64,000 bases of DNA. Source: Candidatus Levyibacteriota bacterium (GTDB taxonomy: Bacteria > Patescibacteriota > Microgenomatia > Levybacterales > UBA12049). Shown piece by piece: positions 58,325 to 64,000 of this stretch. Where the stretch lies: assembly GCA_052034235.1 (NCBI GenBank), contig JBPOIT010000009.1, forward strand, positions 8,203 to 72,202, written 5' to 3'. Positions within the stretch are counted from its first letter, which is position 1. The number at the start of each line of letters is the position of its first letter. Both the position numbers and the translations under genes were made by a program. Below the pieces are notes generated by a model, which searched no databases, had not been told where the DNA came from, and saw only the letters and a program-made list of their open reading frames with translations.

Positions 58325-58918
58325 TTACCAGAGATAAGGAATAAACCGTTTTGTCTGCTTCATATATTGCGCGTATTGCTTTCCAAAATGCTTCAGTAAC
58401 AAATCTTCTTCCCACGATGCCTGCATATTCACGGCTACAAGACCAAGCACATAGACATAGACTAAATAACTCTGCACTATCAATTCACTTCCGAGGAAAA
58501 AAAGCGCTATGCCAGCATACAGAGGGTGACGAATATACTTATAAATACCATGCACAACCAGTTCTTGTTTCTGTTTCACCTGATATTCATAGCAGTTAGC
58601 CCAATTGGTACCCAAGTTATGCCTTCCAACAATTGCGACACCTAAACCGATAAGGACAAACATAAAACCTAACACCTGCATGAATGGATTGGGATTAGGC
58701 ATAGCAAAGAGAGAGATGCCTAACAATTGAACACCCACAACTCCAAAGGCAAACATCGTAAAAAGCATACTAAAAGTTCCTTTACTAAAAAGCTTCGTGC
58801 TTTTCTTTTCTTTCGGCTTTACGTGTTCAGTTTTCTGTTCTGAAAGATACCAATACAACCTCCACAGGCCAAGAAGGCAAAAGGAAATCCAGCCAAGTAG
58901 TGTACCAAGATCATTCAT
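58325..58918 (-). CDS. Isoprenylcysteine carboxyl methyltransferase (ICMT)/phospholipid methyltransferase-family membrane protein
   Basis: 197 aa, multi-TM. IRHPLYAGIALFFLG...EEDLLLKHFGKQYAQYMK matches the RHPxY...EE..L...FG..Y..Y signature. Confidence 0.6.
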   Translation of the reverse strand: MNDLGTLLGWISFCLLGLWRLYWYLSEQKTEHVKPKEKKSTKLFSKGTFSMLFTMFAFGVVGVQLLGISLFAMPNPNPFMQVLGFMFVLIGLGVAIVGRHNLGTNWANCYEYQVKQKQELVVHGIYKYIRHPLYAGIALFFLGSELIVQSYLVYVYVLGLVAVNMQASWEEDLLLKHFGKQYAQYMKQTKRFIPYLW

Positions 58919-58921
58919 AGG

Positions 58922-59407
58922 CTATTTCTGCATTTTAATTCTATATGAAAAGGCATGTGTTAAAGCTATCGCCAATGCGTCCGCAGTATCGTCAGGTTTG
59001 GGAATTGTTGTTAAATGTAAAAGACTTTTGACCATTTGGCCAACTTGAGCTTTCTCAGCGCGACCATAACCGGTGACTGCCATTTTCACTTCAAGTGGTG
59101 TATAGACGGTGATAGGAACATTATGCTGCTGAGCCGCAAGAAGCATAACTCCTCTTGCTTGTCCGACAACCATAGCTGTTTTGACATTGGTGTTAAAAAA
59201 CAGCTCTTCTATCGCAAGCGCATCAGGTTTTTGTTCCTTAATGAGTTTACAGATATCTTCATACAGTAATTCTAGCCTTTCTCCAATTGTGTGAGTTTGA
59301 AATGTTTCAATACAACCAAATTGTAAAACGCTAAATTTTCCTCCTGTAGCCTCAATAATCCCCCACCCTGTTCTCCCAATACCTGGATCAATACCTAAGA
59401 TAATCAT
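58922..59407 (-). CDS. ruvC: Holliday junction resolvase RuvC
   Basis: 161 aa. MIILGIDPGIGRTGWGII..., the RNase-H-fold RuvC N-terminus. Confidence 0.85.
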   Translation of the reverse strand: MIILGIDPGIGRTGWGIIEATGGKFSVLQFGCIETFQTHTIGERLELLYEDICKLIKEQKPDALAIEELFFNTNVKTAMVVGQARGVMLLAAQQHNVPITVYTPLEVKMAVTGYGRAEKAQVGQMVKSLLHLTTIPKPDDTADALAIALTHAFSYRIKMQK

Positions 59408-59451
59408 AATGCATTTTTATTATACACCTCAGCAAAATAGAACCCATAGTA

Positions 59452-59480
59452 TTGACATTATGATCCAATCCTTGTATAAT
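59452..59480 (+). promoter_or_regulatory. Sigma70-like promoter TTGACA-17nt-TATAAT upstream of rplY. The same intergenic region probably also serves as the divergent promoter for ruvC.
   Basis: ttgaca at 59452-59457, tataat at 59475-59480, and the ATG at 59513. Confidence 0.5.
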
Positions 59481-59512
59481 CTTTAACAGTAGGATACAAT
59501 ATCCTAGTAATT

Positions 59513-60202
59513 ATGAAACATCCAGTTCTTAAAGCTGAACCGCGAACAATCCTTGGTAAAAAGGTAAAGAAACTTCGACGTGAGGGACTTTTGCCTACCA
59601 ATGTGTATGGAAAAGGACTTTCTTCAGTTGCGCTGCAAGTCAGCATGGATGATTTCAAAGCTATCCATAAGCAAGTTGGAGATACAGGCATTATCGATTT
59701 ACAATTTGATGGTAAAGCAAAACCTGTGCTTATCAAAAATCTTCAAATGAATTTTGAAACACGCACTCCTCTACATGCAGATTTCTATCAAGTAAATTTG
59801 AAAGAAAAGATTAAAGCTGTTGTTCCAATTATACTTACCGGTGAAGCACAAGCTGTTACTGATAAAGCCGGCATGCTTCTCCAAACACTTAACGATGTTG
59901 AAGTTGAAGCACTTCCTGAAGCACTTCCTGAAAATATTGAAGTTTCAGTGGAACACTTGGCTGTTGTTGGTGATAGTTTCACTATTGCTGACTTGAAAGC
60001 ACCTGAGGGTGTTACAATTCTAAGTGAAGAAGGCCAAACCATTGCAAAGATAGTAGAACTTGTTGCTCCAGAACCTGAGCCTGAAGAAGAAGCAGAAGGT
60101 GGCGAAGGTGCAACAGAAGGCGAAGCTACTGAAGAGACTGCTGCTGAAGCTACTGACGAGGCTGGTACAGAAAAACCGGCTGATGAAGAAGCAAACGCTT
60201 AA
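59513..60202 (+). CDS. rplY: 50S ribosomal protein L25/general stress protein Ctc, with an acidic E/A/T-rich C-terminal tail
   Basis: 229 aa. The N-terminus MKHPVLKAEPRTILGKKVKKLRREGLLPTNVYGKG is typical of L25/Ctc. Confidence 0.8.
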   Translation: MKHPVLKAEPRTILGKKVKKLRREGLLPTNVYGKGLSSVALQVSMDDFKAIHKQVGDTGIIDLQFDGKAKPVLIKNLQMNFETRTPLHADFYQVNLKEKIKAVVPIILTGEAQAVTDKAGMLLQTLNDVEVEALPEALPENIEVSVEHLAVVGDSFTIADLKAPEGVTILSEEGQTIAKIVELVAPEPEPEEEAEGGEGATEGEATEETAAEATDEAGTEKPADEEANA

Positions 60203-60204
60203 TT

Positions 60205-60600
60205 TTAAAGTTTTATTTTCTCCCCGAGAACTCTTCCCGCATCAAAATTTGGATCAACTTCTAAAGCTTTTTGGATGTATTTTTTAGCCTCAGCTATATT
60301 CCCTTGACTATATTCCAAAACTGCAATTTTATAATAAACATCTCTATATCCCGTATATTGATCTGCTATTTTTTTCCAATGAGCTATTTCACTTGTAATA
60401 CCTTTCCTATTGTCCTGCACGAGTTTTGCCTGAGCTGCATTGATAGGAAGAGACACTAACTCACGAACGATTTGCATGACTAACATCGCAGAGACCATAC
60501 TTATTAAAAGAAGCTTTAAGATAAACATTGTTCTGATCGAAACAACGTCTTCGGTAATAAATCGGGGAATCCTCGGGAAATCGGGCAGTTTCTTTTTCAT
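60205..60600 (-). CDS. Small membrane-anchored TPR-like protein
   Basis: 131 aa, one TM helix, and a C-terminal TPR-like helix pair (YYKIAVLEYSQGNIAEAKKYIQKALEVDPNF). It overlaps the valS stop by 4 nt. Confidence 0.4.
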   Translation of the reverse strand: MKKKLPDFPRIPRFITEDVVSIRTMFILKLLLISMVSAMLVMQIVRELVSLPINAAQAKLVQDNRKGITSEIAHWKKIADQYTGYRDVYYKIAVLEYSQGNIAEAKKYIQKALEVDPNFDAGRVLGEKIKL

Positions 60601-62759
60601 CTCGCAACTGGATATGACTCTATCATAATTGACTCGCCGTGTCCAGGCAATTGCTGATAGATAGCCTCAGTTACAAAAGGCATAAATGGATGTAAAAGCC
60701 TTAGCTGGATTTGGAATAATGAACTCAGAACGCTAAATGAATTGGCATCTACCCTATTTTTTACATCCTCAATATATTTATCTGCAAATTCGTGCCAAAT
60801 AAACTGATATAGCCCTTGCGCAGCTTCGTGCAGATAAAATCTATCGATGTTCTTTGCAGTTTCTTTGGTCAGATTTTCAACCTTTTCTATCCATTCCATG
60901 TCTGTCTCATGAACAGCTATTTTCTTTAACTCATCAAACGATGTTTCTGGTTTATCTGAGAATGATTCTGGTCTATTCATTTCAATAAACCTTCCCATGT
61001 TCCATAACTTATTGGCAAAGAACTTCATACCTCTCACCTTCTCCTCAGCCATAGGAATATCATTTCCAGCCGCGGTTGAGAAAATAAGTGCAATTCTTAA
61101 TGCATCTGTACCATAAAGATCTGACCAATCAAGAGGATTAACGACATTCCCTTTAGATTTACTCATCTTCTGCTTTTGTGCATCTCTGACAAGACCATGA
61201 AGCAGTACATTACGGAACGGGATTTGACCTCTCAGATAGGTACTCATTAAAATCATCCTCGCAACCCAGAAAAACAAAATGTCATAACCTGTCTCAAGAA
61301 CTGCTGTCGGATGGAAGTTTTTAAGATCTTCAGTTTTTTGCGGCCAACCAAGCGTTGAGAATGTCCACAAACCACTTGAAAACCACGTATCAAGCGTATC
61401 AGAATCCTGCTCCCAACCTTCTCCACTTGGAGCTTCAATGCCACAATACAGTTCCTCGCCCTTATACCACACAGGAATTCTATGTCCGTACCAAATCTGA
61501 CGAGAGATACACCAATCCCTAAGGTTATCAATCCAATGATAATACGTTTTTATAAAATGCGACGGTGTAATACCAATTTGACCACTGGAGACGCTCTGTT
61601 TCATGAGTTTCTTCAGTGTAACTTTTGAACCAGAGGGAATTCCTTCAATTTCAGAATGCTTAAGGACAAATTCCTTATTAACATCAACCATCCATTGCTT
61701 TTTGATTTGAGGTTCGATGATCCCGCCGCCACGATAGTTTGTTGCAACTCTATTTGCATACTGCTCATCAATCTTCACAAGCAGACCTTTCTCTTTAAGT
61801 TTTTCTACTAAGACGGGACGCGCTTTCTTTATATGCATTCCCGCAAACTCACCTGCAATTGGTAGTAACAGACCCTTAAAGTCGATGATTTGTTCGATAT
61901 CCAGATTATGACGTTTGGCGATTTCATAGTCAGTTTTATCATGCCAAGGTGTAATCGTCATTACACCCGTTCCGAAATTCATATCAACTGCTTCATCTTT
62001 AATAACTGTTGCTGTAACTTTCCCATTTATCCATTCAGCCTCAAACTGTTCTCCGTGCTTATATTTAGCATACCGCTTGTCTTTCGGATGCATCACAACG
62101 TACTTATCACCAAATTTGGTCTCAGGACGAACAGTACCGATGGTAAACGGTCCGTATGTAAAGTGATAAAAAGGAACAGCCTGATCTTTCCATTCGATTT
62201 CATCATCTGAAACGGTTGTCTGAAGAAATGGATCCCAGTTAACGACTGTTTCACCTCTATAAATAATGCCATCATCATACATTTGCTTAAATGCAGTCCG
62301 AACAGCCAAGTTTCGATCTTCATCCAATGTATAGGCCTCCCGTGTCCAATCAACAGATGCTCCCATACGTTTTATCTGATGCACAATCGTATCATGGCTG
62401 TCTTGTGCAAAATCCTCCACTTTTTTTAAAAATGCTTCTCGGCCCAAATCATGTCTTGTTTTCCCCTCTTCTTTATAAAGAATACTCTCAACCTTTGATT
62501 GCGTCGCTATCGCAGCATGATCGGTACCAGGAATCCATACTGTTTTAAAACCTTTCATACGATGGTATCTGACAAGGATATCTTGAATAACAAGCATCAA
62601 AGCATGACCGTTATGAAGTGTACCAGTCACATTTGGTGGAGGAAGAACGATGGCATAAGGCTTACCGTTGGGGTTTACTTCCGGCTTAAAATAGCCTTTT
62701 TGCTCCCAAGTGTTATACAAATCGCTTTCAATATCTTTATGGTTGTATGCTTTGTCCAT
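60597..62759 (-). CDS. valS: Valyl-tRNA synthetase, short form (720 aa) lacking the C-terminal coiled-coil arm
   Basis: PPPNVTGTLHNGHA (HIGH-class motif) and KMSKSKGN, with a CP1 editing-domain-sized insertion between them. The gene ends right after the anticodon-binding region. Confidence 0.8.
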   Translation of the reverse strand: MDKAYNHKDIESDLYNTWEQKGYFKPEVNPNGKPYAIVLPPPNVTGTLHNGHALMLVIQDILVRYHRMKGFKTVWIPGTDHAAIATQSKVESILYKEEGKTRHDLGREAFLKKVEDFAQDSHDTIVHQIKRMGASVDWTREAYTLDEDRNLAVRTAFKQMYDDGIIYRGETVVNWDPFLQTTVSDDEIEWKDQAVPFYHFTYGPFTIGTVRPETKFGDKYVVMHPKDKRYAKYKHGEQFEAEWINGKVTATVIKDEAVDMNFGTGVMTITPWHDKTDYEIAKRHNLDIEQIIDFKGLLLPIAGEFAGMHIKKARPVLVEKLKEKGLLVKIDEQYANRVATNYRGGGIIEPQIKKQWMVDVNKEFVLKHSEIEGIPSGSKVTLKKLMKQSVSSGQIGITPSHFIKTYYHWIDNLRDWCISRQIWYGHRIPVWYKGEELYCGIEAPSGEGWEQDSDTLDTWFSSGLWTFSTLGWPQKTEDLKNFHPTAVLETGYDILFFWVARMILMSTYLRGQIPFRNVLLHGLVRDAQKQKMSKSKGNVVNPLDWSDLYGTDALRIALIFSTAAGNDIPMAEEKVRGMKFFANKLWNMGRFIEMNRPESFSDKPETSFDELKKIAVHETDMEWIEKVENLTKETAKNIDRFYLHEAAQGLYQFIWHEFADKYIEDVKNRVDANSFSVLSSLFQIQLRLLHPFMPFVTEAIYQQLPGHGESIMIESYPVAR

Positions 62760-62782
62760 GAGGCTAATTTTAGCACAGAGGG

Positions 62783-63979
62783 TTACTCTTTGGCTATGGA
62801 GAGTTTATAACCGCGAGTTCGAACTGTAACAATTTCGTAGGGACTGTTTTGCTGACGAAGTTTTACTCGTACACGTGCAACTAGTCTATCAATTGCCCAG
62901 TCTGATACGCCAAACTCCTGATACTCTGGCCACACGACTTCAATAATTTTCTCTCTTTCACAGATTTCCCCTATTTGAGACTCGAGCAAACTAAAAAGCA
63001 GATGTTCCTTACGAGTCAAATCAACAAGCTGTGATTTTTTATCGTTTTTTTCCTTTCCAATTAAATAATGCTCAAGAAGCGGGCTAAAGATTTTTAACCC
63101 ATCTTTCGTATCTGTTATGAAACCTGCATCCCATAAATAAAGAGCTTTTGCTTTTTCATTAGCTTGTATTTGTTGCCCTTTTGCGGCAGGAAGCACGACT
63201 TGCTTCTCCTCTTTTGTCAAACTCTCCCATAATTCTTCTGATTCGAGTGTTATTCGCTCATCGGTAAGGAGCATTTCGAGTAATTCTTCCTCCGTCGTAA
63301 TCTTTTGTGACTTTTTCTCATTCATTACGATAAGTGCTAATTGCAGATATTGGACGTTACCATTGACGAGCCGGAAGAGTGACTTCTCAATTGTTGGGGA
63401 TAATTGGAAATTGTAACGTTTTTCATAAGACTCATAAATAATTGCCATATCGCTTTCTTTTGCAGGTCTGATTGGCATAACCTGAGCAAAAACTGGCAAA
63501 CGGTTTTTTATCTGAGGGAACATAACATCAAGACTTCTAAAGCTGGTAAACACATAACTTGCACGTTCATGCGTTGCATCCCGAAGCCCTTCCAGGTTAT
63601 CAAAAAACGATGTTGTGATAACATCTTTCAATCTATCAAAGCGTATAAAAAAGAGTGTTGGATAAATATCTCCTGCTGCGATCCAAGAGAGTGAATGCCG
63701 AATACTATCTATAACCAAGAATAAATCATGAGATTGAATGCTCGTTAGAAACAGCGTATTTATTTTCTTTTTTGTTTCATCAGGTAAATCAGTTGTTTCT
63801 ACAGCATCAACGATTCTTTTCAGAACAAGAGTCCAGAAAGGATAAATCTCACGCTCTACCAAATCATTAAGATCAACGGCAATAAAAAGATGTTTTTCGT
63901 CATTGCTAATATATGTTTTAACTATTTCTTGGTGATAGAGGAAAAAACGAAGGAAATTGCCTATACCGACACGTTTCAT
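62783..63979 (-). CDS. Putative transcriptional regulator with a C-terminal OmpR/PhoB-type winged-helix DNA-binding domain
   Basis: 398 aa. The C-terminus VSDWAIDRLVARVRVKLRQQNSPYEIVTVRTRGYKLSI matches the trans_reg_C pattern. The N-terminal ~300 aa could not be assigned. Confidence 0.45.
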   Translation of the reverse strand: MKRVGIGNFLRFFLYHQEIVKTYISNDEKHLFIAVDLNDLVEREIYPFWTLVLKRIVDAVETTDLPDETKKKINTLFLTSIQSHDLFLVIDSIRHSLSWIAAGDIYPTLFFIRFDRLKDVITTSFFDNLEGLRDATHERASYVFTSFRSLDVMFPQIKNRLPVFAQVMPIRPAKESDMAIIYESYEKRYNFQLSPTIEKSLFRLVNGNVQYLQLALIVMNEKKSQKITTEEELLEMLLTDERITLESEELWESLTKEEKQVVLPAAKGQQIQANEKAKALYLWDAGFITDTKDGLKIFSPLLEHYLIGKEKNDKKSQLVDLTRKEHLLFSLLESQIGEICEREKIIEVVWPEYQEFGVSDWAIDRLVARVRVKLRQQNSPYEIVTVRTRGYKLSIAKE

Positions 63980-64000
63980 GCCAACAAGATTGACACTTTG

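Noticed and set aside
1-64000. Diversity-generating retroelement (TR/VR pair with reverse transcriptase) targeting the giant protein C-terminus
   Set aside because: There is no reverse-transcriptase ORF in the window. The only near-identical pair outside the gene (39962-40123 / 42313-42482) is non-coding, and its differences are not adenine-specific.
1-64000. CRISPR arrays, tRNA/rRNA genes
   Set aside because: No short, regularly spaced direct repeats with unique spacers were seen. The intergenic regions (39942-40247, 42254-42488, 44646-44746, 49928-50033, 52362-52520, 52995-53207, 59408-59512) show no tRNA-like cloverleaf signatures (no GTTCGAATC-type T-arm, no CCA context) and no rRNA-like stretches. 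This was checked by eye only.

Overview
This 64-kb window is dominated by one uninterrupted + strand reading frame, nt 1-39941. It codes for at least 13,288 aa and is open at the window start, so the gene is 5'-truncated here. The product is a giant Thr/Gly/Asn/Ala/Ser-rich repetitive protein, probably a beta-solenoid surface fibre. I count about 25 copies of a ~1.1-kb (~365-aa) super-repeat, each with a paired-cysteine loop (C-x-D-x2-[DN]N-x3-C). The array is interrupted by five copies of an ALDIQE/NYININT insert module, two paralogous VGIGTxxP modules, and a divergent 3.3-kb block of tandem duplications with phage-tail-fibre-like motifs. It ends in a non-repetitive ~5-kb tail-fibre-like C-terminus containing an Fn3-like domain, NVGVGTTAP motifs, duplicated DxAE-GDVV-GRVPVKV-PGVAMKAT modules and a coiled coil. 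Several stretches of the gene are near-identical at the DNA level, for example 6070-6520 vs 22570-23030, which points to ongoing intragenic recombination and an assembly hazard. Downstream lies a cluster of secreted and membrane-protein genes: two tandem class-A beta-lactamase-fold serine hydrolases flanked by a ~165-bp direct repeat, a PKD-domain protein, a 1024-aa secreted protein, an HExxH membrane metallopeptidase, a Pro/Thr-linker protein, and an O-antigen-ligase/TPR membrane protein. A decaying region follows, with an IS1595-family transposase N-terminal fragment and a comM/yifB pseudogene carrying an internal deletion and a frameshift. The window ends with housekeeping genes: a P-type ATPase, ruvB, ruvA, an ICMT-family methyltransferase, ruvC, rplY (L25), a short valS, and a winged-helix regulator. 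The gene content (giant repetitive surface protein, shortened housekeeping genes, weak or absent Shine-Dalgarno sequences) suggests a reduced-genome lineage such as Patescibacteria/CPR, but that is inference only. All domain calls come from reading motifs by eye and from memory of family signatures; no searches were run.
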